Assembly: GCA_913047695.1 (NCBI GenBank)
Contig: CAJWUI010000004.1
Coordinates: forward strand, 94,606 to 158,605
Origin: an uncultured Bacteroidota bacterium
Lineage (GTDB): Bacteria; Bacteroidota; Bacteroidia; Flavobacteriales; Flavobacteriaceae
Reading direction: 5' to 3'
Length of the DNA stretch: 64,000 nt
Every line of letters begins with the position of its first letter. Position 1 is the first letter of the stretch. Below the pieces are notes generated by a model. It did not search any database, was not told the origin of the DNA, and saw nothing but the letters and a program-made list of their open reading frames with translations. This document shows, one piece after another, positions 17,200 to 26,849 of the stretch. Both the position numbers and the translations under genes were made by a program.

Positions 17200-18198
17200 A
17201 TGAAGAAAATTACAAAGCAAACTTATTTGGATTGGTATGAAAACATGCTTTTTTGGAGAAAGTTTGAAGATAAGCTTGCAGGAGTTTACATACAACAAAA
17301 AGTGAGAGGTTTTCTACATTTATATAATGGACAAGAAGCTGTTCTTGCGGGCTCACTTCATGCTATGGAAATAGGCAAAGACCGGATGATTACAGCTTAT
17401 CGAAATCACGTCCAACCTATCGGCATGGGAGTTGATCCAAAACGTGTAATGGCAGAACTTTATGGGAAAGCTACAGGGACGTCACAAGGTCTTGGTGGAT
17501 CTATGCACATTTTTTCAAAAGAACATAAGTTCCATGGTGGACACGGAATTGTTGGAGGTCAAATCCCTCTGGGAGCTGGAATGGCCTTCGGAGATAAATA
17601 TTTCAATCGTGATAATGTAACTTTATGCTTTATGGGTGATGGAGCTGTTCGGCAAGGATCTCTTCACGAAACACTAAACCTAGCAACACTTTGGCAACTT
17701 CCAGTTGTTTTTGTTGTGGAAAATAATGGATATGCTATGGGAACTTCAGTAGCACGCACTGCTTCACACGTAGAAATCTGGAAGCTAGGTTTAGGATACG
17801 ATATGCCTTGCGAGCCTTGTGATGGTATGGATCCAGTTGCTGTTGCCAAAACAATGGATAAGGCAATTAATCTTGCTCGTAAAGGTGGAGGGCCGTCGTT
17901 TTTAGAAATGAAAACATATAGATACCGCGGCCATTCTATGTCAGACGCACAACATTATCGTACTAAAGATGAGGTTGAGGAGTACAGAAAAATTGATCCA
18001 ATAACACAAGTGAAGGACACCATTTTAACAAAAAAATATGCAACTCAAAAACAATTGAATTCTATAGATATGTCTGTTAAAGAACACGTAAGCGAGTGTG
18101 AAAAATTTGCTGAATCTTCTCCTTATCCTGAAACTAGCTTGATGTACGATGCCGTATATGAGGAAAATGATTACCCATTTATAAAACATAAATTATAG
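17200..18198 (+). CDS. pdhA: Pyruvate dehydrogenase (acetyl-transferring) E1 component, alpha subunit
   Basis: TPP-binding motif ..MGDGAVRQGSLHETLNLATLWQLPVVFVVENNGYAMGT... Followed 3 nt later by the E2 gene. Confidence 0.9.
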   Translation: MKKITKQTYLDWYENMLFWRKFEDKLAGVYIQQKVRGFLHLYNGQEAVLAGSLHAMEIGKDRMITAYRNHVQPIGMGVDPKRVMAELYGKATGTSQGLGGSMHIFSKEHKFHGGHGIVGGQIPLGAGMAFGDKYFNRDNVTLCFMGDGAVRQGSLHETLNLATLWQLPVVFVVENNGYAMGTSVARTASHVEIWKLGLGYDMPCEPCDGMDPVAVAKTMDKAINLARKGGGPSFLEMKTYRYRGHSMSDAQHYRTKDEVEEYRKIDPITQVKDTILTKKYATQKQLNSIDMSVKEHVSECEKFAESSPYPETSLMYDAVYEENDYPFIKHKL

Positions 18199-18201
18199 TC
18201 T

Positions 18202-19818
18202 ATGGCTGAAATAATAAATATGCCAAGGTTAAGTGACACAATGGAAGAGGGTACAGTCGCGAAATGGTTTAAAAAGGTTGGTGACCAGATTAATGAAGGA
18301 GATATATTGGCTGAAATTGAAACTGATAAAGCAACCATGGAATTCGAATCTTTTAATGAGGGCGAGCTGCTTCATATTGGAATTCAAGAAGGAGGAACAG
18401 CCCCAGTAGACACTCTTCTAGCAGTTATAGGTGAAAAAGGTGAAGATATATCTGAGATAATTAAAGGAAATTTTAGTGAAAAAGAATCAAAAGATAAAGT
18501 TTCTGAAACCACAGATATTCAATCTGAAGATGATTCTAATATTGACATTCCTGACGAAGTAGAAATAATAAACATGCCAAGGTTAAGTGATACTATGGAA
18601 GAAGGAACCGTTGCTAAGTGGTTTAAAAAAGTTGGTGACCAGATCAATGAGGGCGACATATTAGCAGAAATTGAAACTGATAAGGCAACAATGGAATTCG
18701 AATCATTTTATCAAGGCGAACTTTTACATATAGGACTTGAAGAAGGTAAATCAGCTCCTGTGGACAGTTTGCTTGCAATAATTGGTAAATCAGGGACTAA
18801 CATAAAAAAGGTAATTGCATCTTTAGGCAGTGAAAATCCATACACTACAGACAAAGTATCAAAGTCAAAATCTATCGAAAATAAAGATAAACCAGAACAT
18901 GATTTACCCATTTTTGAACAAGAATCAAAACCTCAATTAATTGAAAACAAAGTAAATTCAAATGGAAGAATTATTGCTTCTCCTTTAGCAAAAAAGTTAG
19001 CTGAGGAAAAGGGAATTAACTTAAATTCGGTGAAGGGTTCAGGAGAGTTTGGAAGGATTATTAAACGCGATATAGACAACTTCAAATTAGAAACTTACGG
19101 AAATAACTTTTCAAAGCCTAATGCATCATTAGGTAAGGAGTCTATAACTAAAATTGCAAATTCTCAAATGAGAAAAACAATAGCTAAAAGATTATCTACT
19201 TCTAAGTTTTCTGCACCACACTATTATCTTGGAGTAGAGTTTGATATGGGAAATACTATTTCATTTAGAAATCAGTTCAATTCTTTACCTGAAACTAAAA
19301 TTTCTTTTAATGACATTATAATTAAGGCCTCTGCACTTTCATTGAAACATCATCCTGAAGTGAATGCTAAATGGGAAGATGATCAAATCACTCAACACCA
19401 CCATGTCCATATAGGTGTTGCTGTAGCTGTTGAAGATGGATTATTAGTTCCAGTAGTTAAGTTTGCTGATGAGCAAAATCTTCCTCAGATAGGGACCACA
19501 GTTAAGGACTTTGCTTTACGCGCTAGGGAAAAAAAATTGAAACCCGAAGAAATGGATGGTAGTACATTTACAATTTCTAATCTTGGAATGTTTGGAATAC
19601 AAGAATTTACATCTATCATTAATCAACCTAATGGTGCAATTTTATCAGTAGGTGCAATAGTCAAAAAACCAATAGTTAAAGATGAAAAAATAATTGTAGG
19701 GAATACATTAAAACTAACTTTAGCATGTGATCATAGAGTTGTCGATGGGGCAACGGGAGCTCAATTTTTACAAACGTTAAAAGATTACATTGAAAACCCC
19801 TTAAAAATGCTATTGTAA
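18202..19818 (+). CDS. pdhC: Dihydrolipoamide acetyltransferase (PDH E2) with two lipoyl domains, a peripheral-subunit-binding domain and a catalytic domain
   Basis: Two lipoyl-lysine motifs (EIETDKATMEFES, twice), a PSBD (ASPLAKKLAEEKGINLNSVKGSGEFGRIIKRDI) and the catalytic DHRVVDG. Confidence 0.9.
   Translation: MAEIINMPRLSDTMEEGTVAKWFKKVGDQINEGDILAEIETDKATMEFESFNEGELLHIGIQEGGTAPVDTLLAVIGEKGEDISEIIKGNFSEKESKDKVSETTDIQSEDDSNIDIPDEVEIINMPRLSDTMEEGTVAKWFKKVGDQINEGDILAEIETDKATMEFESFYQGELLHIGLEEGKSAPVDSLLAIIGKSGTNIKKVIASLGSENPYTTDKVSKSKSIENKDKPEHDLPIFEQESKPQLIENKVNSNGRIIASPLAKKLAEEKGINLNSVKGSGEFGRIIKRDIDNFKLETYGNNFSKPNASLGKESITKIANSQMRKTIAKRLSTSKFSAPHYYLGVEFDMGNTISFRNQFNSLPETKISFNDIIIKASALSLKHHPEVNAKWEDDQITQHHHVHIGVAVAVEDGLLVPVVKFADEQNLPQIGTTVKDFALRAREKKLKPEEMDGSTFTISNLGMFGIQEFTSIINQPNGAILSVGAIVKKPIVKDEKIIVGNTLKLTLACDHRVVDGATGAQFLQTLKDYIENPLKMLL
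18211..18708 (+). repeat. Internal duplication in E2: lipoyl domain copy 1 core at 18211-18354 and copy 2 core at 18565-18708
   Basis: The 48-aa block IINMPRLSDTMEEGTVAKWFKKVGDQINEGDILAEIETDKATMEFESF occurs twice with identical protein sequence and 19 synonymous third-position differences. Confidence 0.95.
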
Positions 19819-19854
19819 TGATGTTTCTTTTTTTGATTATGAGATTGATTTAAA

Positions 19855-20532
19855 ATGTCAAAAACTTTAATTATAACAGGTGCTAGTAGCGGAATAGGTA
19901 ATGAAGTTGTCAAAATTGCAGAGAAAAAAGGGCATAAAGTATACTCAATTTCAAGAAATATAAAAGCACTCAAAGAGAGTTCCTTCTTACATCCGCGAGA
20001 AGTCGATTTAGTTGATGAAAACTCTATTGATGAATTTTGCAGTGAAATTAACAACGAAGGATTGCGAGTAGATGCACTTATAAATAATGCAGGTGCATTT
20101 TTAAATAAACCCTTTGAAAAAATTTCGAGGAAAGAGTTTGAATATATTTTTCAGGTGAATGTTTTTGGCCTATCATCACTTACACGTAAAGTTTTGCCTT
20201 CAATTCATAGAAAAGGACATGTTGTAAATATATCCAGTATGGGAGGAATTAATGGCAGTACAAAATTTCCTGGCTTAACAGCCTACAGTAGCAGTAAGGG
20301 AGCTGTTAATATCATAACTGAATTATTAGCTGAAGAATACAAAGATAATGGACCTTCATTTAATGCTCTAGCATTTGGGGCTGTACAAACCAAGATGTTG
20401 GAAGAAGCATTTCCTGGGCTTGAAGCACCAATTTCAGCAAAAGAAATTGCTGACTTTGTATTGGATTTTGCTTTGATGGGACAGAAATATTTTAATGGTA
20501 AAATTTTACCCGTTTCGTCGTCAACACCTTAG
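19855..20532 (+). CDS. Short-chain dehydrogenase/reductase (SDR) family oxidoreductase
   Basis: Cofactor motif TGASSGIG, NNAG, and catalytic S...YSSSK. Confidence 0.85.
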   Translation: MSKTLIITGASSGIGNEVVKIAEKKGHKVYSISRNIKALKESSFLHPREVDLVDENSIDEFCSEINNEGLRVDALINNAGAFLNKPFEKISRKEFEYIFQVNVFGLSSLTRKVLPSIHRKGHVVNISSMGGINGSTKFPGLTAYSSSKGAVNIITELLAEEYKDNGPSFNALAFGAVQTKMLEEAFPGLEAPISAKEIADFVLDFALMGQKYFNGKILPVSSSTP

Positions 20533-20544
20533 GAGGTACCTTAT

Positions 20545-21135
20545 ATGGAACATTTTTTTCAATTAATTCCAGAAAAATCAAAAAAAAAAGTGTTAAAGCT
20601 CTTAGAATCAGAGCCCATAACTATTAGAGTAACAAAAAAAAGAACTTCCAAGCACGGAGATTTTAGAAAAAAAGCCAATGGTGAATTATCAATTACAATA
20701 AACCAATCACTAAACCCATACCGTTTTTTGATTACATTACTTCATGAAATAGCACATTACCGGGTTTACAAGAATTATTTAAATGTTATGAAACCTCATG
20801 GTTTAGAGTGGAAGTCAACATTTAAAAAAATATTGATTCCATTTTTAAATGATCAAATTTTCCCAGATCAAATATGCAGATGTTTAGAACAATATATAAA
20901 AAATCCAAAGGCAAGTACTGATAGGGATTTAAATCTATTTTTGGCATTAAGAAAATATGATATAAAGAAAAAAGGGTTACTGATTTTTGAAATAAAAATG
21001 GGACAATTTTTTAAACTAAAAGATGGAAGAAAGTTTGTTAAATTAAATAAAAGGAGAAAGCTTTATGAATGTAAAAGTCTAAATTCTAATATGATTTATC
21101 TTTTTAGTCCACAAATAGAAGTTATACCAATTTAG
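20545..21135 (+). CDS. SprT-like zinc-metallopeptidase-domain protein
   Basis: HExxH motif in ..LLHEIAHYRVY... Size and context are consistent with SprT-like proteins. The family assignment is by eye only. Confidence 0.55.
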   Translation: MEHFFQLIPEKSKKKVLKLLESEPITIRVTKKRTSKHGDFRKKANGELSITINQSLNPYRFLITLLHEIAHYRVYKNYLNVMKPHGLEWKSTFKKILIPFLNDQIFPDQICRCLEQYIKNPKASTDRDLNLFLALRKYDIKKKGLLIFEIKMGQFFKLKDGRKFVKLNKRRKLYECKSLNSNMIYLFSPQIEVIPI

Positions 21136-21138
21136 AAT

Positions 21139-21903
21139 TTATTTTTTTTCCAAGTACATTTTTCTAACTTTTTTAAATAAATCTGAAGAATACACAAAGT
21201 TAGAAACTGCTTCACTATCGGTATTGAAAATATCTTTGTTAGATCCTTCCCAAGCCTTTTTCCCATTTAGTAAAAAAACTATTTTTTCTCCAATTTCCAT
21301 CACAGAATTCATATCGTGAGTGTTTATTACAGTTGTTATATTATACTCCGCGGTAATCTCTTGAATCAAGTTATCAATAAGAATAGCTGTTTTGGGATCT
21401 AAACCTGAATTTGGCTCATCACAGAAAAGATATTTTGGATTCATAATTATAGATCTTGCTATAGCAACTCTTTTTTTCATTCCTCCGGATATTTCATCAG
21501 GGTATTTTTCATTAGCATTTATCAAGTTAACTCTTTTAATAGCTTGATTAGCTCTTTCACGTACTTCTTCATCATCTTTTCTTGTAAACATTTGCATAGG
21601 GAACATTATATTTTCTTCAACGGTCATAGAATCAAATAGTGCACTACCCTGGAAAACCATTCCTATTTCTTGTCTAAGTATTGAGCGTTCTTTTGAACTC
21701 ATTTGATTTATTGGACTATTTTCAAAAAAAATTTGTCCAGAATTAGTTTCAAAAAGCCCAAGTAAACATTTTAAGAAAACAGTTTTACCAGATCCACTTT
21801 GACCAATAATTAAATTAGTTTTTCCTTTCTCAAAAAATGTAGATATTCCCTTTAGAACAGGTGATCCGTCAAACTCTTTGGATATATTTTTGACCTTTAT
21901 CAT
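21139..21903 (-). CDS. ABC transporter ATP-binding protein, MlaF-like
   Basis: Walker A GQSGSGKT, signature ISGGMKKR, Walker B LFCDEP. Its start abuts the stop of the upstream permease gene. Confidence 0.85.
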   Translation of the reverse strand: MIKVKNISKEFDGSPVLKGISTFFEKGKTNLIIGQSGSGKTVFLKCLLGLFETNSGQIFFENSPINQMSSKERSILRQEIGMVFQGSALFDSMTVEENIMFPMQMFTRKDDEEVRERANQAIKRVNLINANEKYPDEISGGMKKRVAIARSIIMNPKYLFCDEPNSGLDPKTAILIDNLIQEITAEYNITTVINTHDMNSVMEIGEKIVFLLNGKKAWEGSNKDIFNTDSEAVSNFVYSSDLFKKVRKMYLEKK

Positions 21904-22641
21904 TTACGTTAATAAAAGTTGAGTTATCAAGTAATTAAGTAAAATAATTACCACACTAGTCCAGACAAATGAAACTGTGCTTGCTTTTCCAACTTCTAGC
22001 GCCCCCCCCGTCATAAAATATCCGTGAAATGAAGGAATCGTAGCAAGAATGAAAGAAAAAAAGGCAGTTTTTATAAATGCATAAGTAACATGAAAAGGGG
22101 TAAAATCTAATTGTATTCCTTGAATAAATTCACCACTAGTTGAAAAACCACCGTAAACACAGGCGATATAACCACCAAAAATGCCTAAAAACATTGATAT
22201 GCAAATAACCAATGGATAAAGTAAAAGAGCTACAATTTTTGGGAAAATAAGATAATTATATGTATTGATTCCCATTACTTCGAGTGCATCAATCTGTTCT
22301 GTTACTCTCATAGTACCAATACTAGAGGTAATATAGGAACCGACTTTTCCTGCCATTATTATTGAAATAAAAGTTGGAGCAAATTCTAAAATGATTGACT
22401 GCCGAGTTGCAAAACCAATTAAATTTTTTGGTAAAAAAGGGTTTTCAAGATTTAGAGCAGTCTGAATAGAGACTACTCCTCCTACAAAAAATGAAATGAA
22501 CGAAACTATCCCTAATGACCCAATTATTAGGTAGTCAATATCTTTAAAAATTAGCAGTTTTAGTACTTTCCATTTGGTAAATTTTCCAAAAACACTTTGT
22601 AGCATTAAGAAGTATTTTCCTATGTTCGAAATGATCTTCAT
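21904..22641 (-). CDS. MlaE-like ABC transporter permease
   Basis: 245-aa polytopic protein with MlaE-type features (..TEQIDALEVMGINTYNYLIFPKI..). It sits directly upstream of the ATPase gene. Confidence 0.8.
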   Translation of the reverse strand: MKIISNIGKYFLMLQSVFGKFTKWKVLKLLIFKDIDYLIIGSLGIVSFISFFVGGVVSIQTALNLENPFLPKNLIGFATRQSIILEFAPTFISIIMAGKVGSYITSSIGTMRVTEQIDALEVMGINTYNYLIFPKIVALLLYPLVICISMFLGIFGGYIACVYGGFSTSGEFIQGIQLDFTPFHVTYAFIKTAFFSFILATIPSFHGYFMTGGALEVGKASTVSFVWTSVVIILLNYLITQLLLT

Positions 22642-22707
22642 ACCCTATCAAAGTTACTAATTTTGAGTAAAAACCCTATTTTAAAAAAATTGAATTTTAA
22701 GTTAATA

Positions 22708-23763
22708 TTACACTTGATAGGCAATTGCATTAATATTCATTCCAGCTCCTACAGAGGCAAAGAGAATTAAATCATTCTTCTCTAAGGTATGACCACAATA
22801 ATTTTTGTTTTTAACTAAATCGAATAATGTAGGAACAGTAGCAACAGAACTGTTACCAAACTCTTTAATGTTCATTGGCAATATTTTTTCTGGCATTTTT
22901 TTGTTATAAAGACCATAAAATCTCGTAATAATAGCTTCATCCATTTTTAAATTCGCCTGGTGTAAAAATATTTTTTTTAGTTCGCTTAATGGTCTTCCTG
23001 CTGATTCCAAACAACTTTTTAATGCCAATGGCACTTTACTTAAGGCAAATTCATAAACTTTTCTACCCTGCATTTTAATGTATTTTGAATCCCCAACTTT
23101 ATTATTTGCAGTACCATAAAATATGAAATCTGCTTCACCTTCGCTTGTATATGTTACTGTTTTATGAGATAATATTCCTCCCTTGTCATTTGATTTTTCG
23201 ATTATTGTTGCTCCAGCACCGTCAGCATATATCATTGAATCTCTATCTGTATGATCTAAGACCCTCGATAAGGTATCCGCCCCTATTACGAGGCATTTTT
23301 TAGCCATTTTAGCTCTAATAAATGCTTTTGCTTGAATTACACCCTCAACCCATCCAGGACAACCAAATAAAATATCATAAGCAACGCAATTTGGATTTTT
23401 AATTTCTAACCCAGCTTTCACTTTAGATGCGAGGCATGGGAGTGTATCTATTTGATTTGATTCAAAACCGATTTCACCAACATTATGGGCGACTATTATG
23501 TAGTCAATTGATTCAGGATTTACTTTAGCATCATCAATTGATTTTTGAGCCGCTTCTATGGCAATATCAGTTACAGTTTGATTATCTTCGATATATCTTC
23601 TTTGTTCAATGCCTGTAATCGATTTGAACTTCTCAATAATAACCTTGTTTGAATTTTTTATTGACACGCCGTTAACGTCAAAGAATTTATGATTAGAAAA
23701 ACTGATATTTTGTTCAACTTTTAATGGGATAACGCTGCCAGTGCCTGTGATTTTTATGTTCAT
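22708..23763 (-). CDS. 3-oxoacyl-ACP synthase III (FabH)-like ketosynthase
   Basis: KAS III-like protein: ..ITGTGSVIP.., active-site region FGCPGW, and C-terminal ..HQANLKM...GNSSVATVP... The ORF extends to 23805, but the ATG at 23763 (MNIKITGTG..) gives the canonical N-terminus. Confidence 0.75.
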   Translation of the reverse strand: MNIKITGTGSVIPLKVEQNISFSNHKFFDVNGVSIKNSNKVIIEKFKSITGIEQRRYIEDNQTVTDIAIEAAQKSIDDAKVNPESIDYIIVAHNVGEIGFESNQIDTLPCLASKVKAGLEIKNPNCVAYDILFGCPGWVEGVIQAKAFIRAKMAKKCLVIGADTLSRVLDHTDRDSMIYADGAGATIIEKSNDKGGILSHKTVTYTSEGEADFIFYGTANNKVGDSKYIKMQGRKVYEFALSKVPLALKSCLESAGRPLSELKKIFLHQANLKMDEAIITRFYGLYNKKMPEKILPMNIKEFGNSSVATVPTLFDLVKNKNYCGHTLEKNDLILFASVGAGMNINAIAYQV

Positions 23764-23872
23764 GATAGTTACATAAAAGTAATTCAATAAAGGGTCAAAA
23801 TGCACAAGGTCTTGAAATTGATACGAAGTCTAAGCCTTTTAAAGTACTAATTTAAATTTTAGATACGAAAAT

Positions 23873-26734
23873 TTAAATATTTGATAATGAGACATCTATA
23901 TAGGATTCTATTGGATCACATGTACAAACTAGATTACGATCGCCATAAGCTTCGTCAACACGTCTAACTGAGGGCCAAAATTTATTTTTAGAAACAAACT
24001 TTAATGGGAATGCAGCTTTTTGCCTTGAATACGGAAATTCCCAAACATCTGAAGTAACCATTTCAAGAGTATGGGGTGCATTTTTTAATAAAGCATTATC
24101 ATCTTCATTATCTGAAGCAATTTCCATCCTAATAGATATCATTGCATCACAAAAGCGATCTATTTCATCAAGATTTTCACTTTCTGTTGGTTCTATCATC
24201 ATAGTTCCCGCTACAGGAAAAGAAACTGTTGGTGCGTGAAAACCGTAATCCATTAAACGTTTCGCAATATCAACCACTTCAATGCCTTTATTTTTAAATG
24301 GCCTACAGTCAATAATTAGCTCGTGTGCAGAGCGTCCTTTTTCACCTGAATAAAGGACATCGTATGCTCCATCTAGACGTTTTTGAATATAGTTTGCATT
24401 TAAAATTGCTACTTCTGTAGCTTTTTGAAGCCCGTCACCACCAAGCATTTTAATATATCCATAGGAAATAAGACATGCTAAAGCGGATCCATATGGAGCT
24501 CCAGATATAGATGTTATTGAATTTGGACCTCCGGTCTTAACCATAGGATTTCCAGGTAAAAAGGATTTCAGATGAGATGCAACTGATATAGGACCTACTC
24601 CTGGTCCTCCACCACCATGTGGAATTGCAAAAGTTTTATGTAAATTCAAATGGCATACGTCAGCTCCAATTTGAGCAGGGCTTGTTAAACCAACCTGTGC
24701 ATTCATGTTAGCTCCGTCCATATATACTTGACCTCCGCAATCGTGAATAAGTCGCGTTATATCTTTGATTCTGGTTTCGAATACTCCATGGGTACTTGGA
24801 TAGGTTATCATTAATGCTGCTAACTTGTCTTTGTGAATTTGTGCTTTTTCGTTAATATCAATCCAATCAATATTCCCTTTTGAATCTGTATTTACAACCA
24901 CTACTTCCATTCCAGCCATAACTGCAGAAGCTGGATTTGTGCCGTGAGCTGAAGCTGGTATTAAACAAATATTTCGTTTTTTTTGGTTTTGGTTCTCATG
25001 ATAAGCACGAATAACCATTAATCCTGCATATTCTCCTTGTGCTCCTGAGTTTGGTTGGAGCGATGTATCTGCAAAACCAGTGATCTCGGTTAATTGCAAA
25101 TTTAATTCATTGAGCATTTTCTCATAGCCGATAACTTGATCTGATGGAACAAAGGGATGAATGTTACCCCAATTGGAATCACTAAGCGGCAGCATTTCTG
25201 CAGCGGCATTCAATTTCATTGTGCATGAACCTAGCGAAATCATTGAATGATTTAGAGCTAAATCTTTTCTTTCTAAATATTTAATATATCTCATCAATGC
25301 AGTTTCGGAGTGATAACTGTTGAAAATTTTGTGTGTTAATATTTCACCTGACTTTATTAGTGATTTTGGAATATAATTCTCTTTAGTCTTTAATTCACTA
25401 TTCTTTTTAATTGAGTTAGATGAACTTTTAAATATTGATACTATTTTATCAATATCTTTTTCTGTGACAGCCTCATTTAACGAAAGACAAATCGTATTAC
25501 CGTCTGGATAATAAAAGTTGACCCTATTAAGCTCAGCTTGCTTTTTAATCTTTAGAACGTTTGTCTTAATTTGTAGTGTGTCAAAAAAATGTTTATTTAT
25601 TTGTTTAAATCCTAGTTCGGAAAGCTTTAAGCTTAGATCAATAGTTTTTTGATGTATTGAGTTGGAAATATTGAATAAACCCTTAGGACCATGATAAACG
25701 ACGTACATTCCAGCCATAACAGCTAGAAGGACTTGTGCAGTGCATATATTTGAGGTAGCACGATCTCTTTTTATATGTTGTTCTCTGGTTTGCAATGCCA
25801 TGCGTAAAGCAGGATTTTCATTAAGGTCTTTTGTTTTACCTATAATTCTTCCAGGTATATTTCGTTTATACTTATCACGAGTTGCAAAAAAAGCTGCGTG
25901 GGGGCCACCATAACCCATTGGAATCCCAAATCTTTGTGTTGTGCCAACAACAACATCTGCTCCAAAAGTACCAGGACTTTCTAGCATTACAAGGCTCATT
26001 ATGTCAGCAGCAACAACTGAGCAAACATTATTATCTTTGGCATTCTTGATCCAACTTTCTAGATTTGGAATTTCTCCTTTTGCTCCAGGGTATTGAAATA
26101 GTGAACCAAAAAAAGTAAAGTCATATTCAAAATTATTTGCATCGCCAACTACAAGACTTATTCCTAATGGAGCACTTCTGGTTTTTAAAACTGAAAGTGT
26201 TTGGGGAAGTACGTTTTCGTCTACAAAAAATCTGAAAGCCCCGTACTTTTTCTGTTCTCTAGTTTGTGATCCAAAAAGCATTGTCATGGCCTCAGCAGCA
26301 GCAGTACTTTCGTCTAAAAGAGATGCATTAGCTAGTTCCATTCCGGTTAATTCACAAACTATAGTTTGAAAATTAAAGAGAGCCTCTAATCTACCTTGAG
26401 CAATTTCCGCTTGATACGGGGTGTAAGCAGTATACCAGCTTGGATTTTCAAGAATGTTTCTCTGAATAACTGCAGGAGTCACTGTATCGTGGTACCCCAA
26501 GCCAATATATGTGTTAAACACCTTGTTATCCCTTCCTAAAGAATTGATGTGTTTTGTAAATTCCGCTTCACTTATTCCTTTTGGTAAATCTAATGGTTTC
26601 TTTAGCCGTATTGAATCTGGTATTGTCTCATCTAGTAGATCCCCAATTGATTTTACTCCAATTTTAGATAAAATTTTTTTTATTTGATTTTCATCTGGGC
26701 CCAAATGTCTATTTACAAACATTTCTCTTTTCAT
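23873..26734 (-). CDS. gcvP: Glycine dehydrogenase (decarboxylating), glycine cleavage system P protein, single-chain form
   Basis: 953 aa. ..SWYTAYTPYQAEIAQGRLEAL.. and the PLP-lysine region ..CHLNLHKTFAIPHGGGGPG... Confidence 0.95.
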   Translation of the reverse strand: MKREMFVNRHLGPDENQIKKILSKIGVKSIGDLLDETIPDSIRLKKPLDLPKGISEAEFTKHINSLGRDNKVFNTYIGLGYHDTVTPAVIQRNILENPSWYTAYTPYQAEIAQGRLEALFNFQTIVCELTGMELANASLLDESTAAAEAMTMLFGSQTREQKKYGAFRFFVDENVLPQTLSVLKTRSAPLGISLVVGDANNFEYDFTFFGSLFQYPGAKGEIPNLESWIKNAKDNNVCSVVAADIMSLVMLESPGTFGADVVVGTTQRFGIPMGYGGPHAAFFATRDKYKRNIPGRIIGKTKDLNENPALRMALQTREQHIKRDRATSNICTAQVLLAVMAGMYVVYHGPKGLFNISNSIHQKTIDLSLKLSELGFKQINKHFFDTLQIKTNVLKIKKQAELNRVNFYYPDGNTICLSLNEAVTEKDIDKIVSIFKSSSNSIKKNSELKTKENYIPKSLIKSGEILTHKIFNSYHSETALMRYIKYLERKDLALNHSMISLGSCTMKLNAAAEMLPLSDSNWGNIHPFVPSDQVIGYEKMLNELNLQLTEITGFADTSLQPNSGAQGEYAGLMVIRAYHENQNQKKRNICLIPASAHGTNPASAVMAGMEVVVVNTDSKGNIDWIDINEKAQIHKDKLAALMITYPSTHGVFETRIKDITRLIHDCGGQVYMDGANMNAQVGLTSPAQIGADVCHLNLHKTFAIPHGGGGPGVGPISVASHLKSFLPGNPMVKTGGPNSITSISGAPYGSALACLISYGYIKMLGGDGLQKATEVAILNANYIQKRLDGAYDVLYSGEKGRSAHELIIDCRPFKNKGIEVVDIAKRLMDYGFHAPTVSFPVAGTMMIEPTESENLDEIDRFCDAMISIRMEIASDNEDDNALLKNAPHTLEMVTSDVWEFPYSRQKAAFPLKFVSKNKFWPSVRRVDEAYGDRNLVCTCDPIESYIDVSLSNI

Positions 26735-26849
26735 ATATCTCCTTTTTCATTGTAAAATTACATTTTCCATGTAACATATTAAAGATGGATTTTTTCTTAT
26801 TCTAAAAATTTTATGAAAAATTATTTGACTTGTTCGAAAGTTTCGATAT

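Noticed and set aside
26735-26849. Possible glycine riboswitch in the 115-nt leader upstream of gcvP
   Set aside because: The region is almost pure A/T. It lacks the conserved GC-rich cores of the glycine aptamer (GGAGAG...CACCG-type elements) and has no convincing helices.
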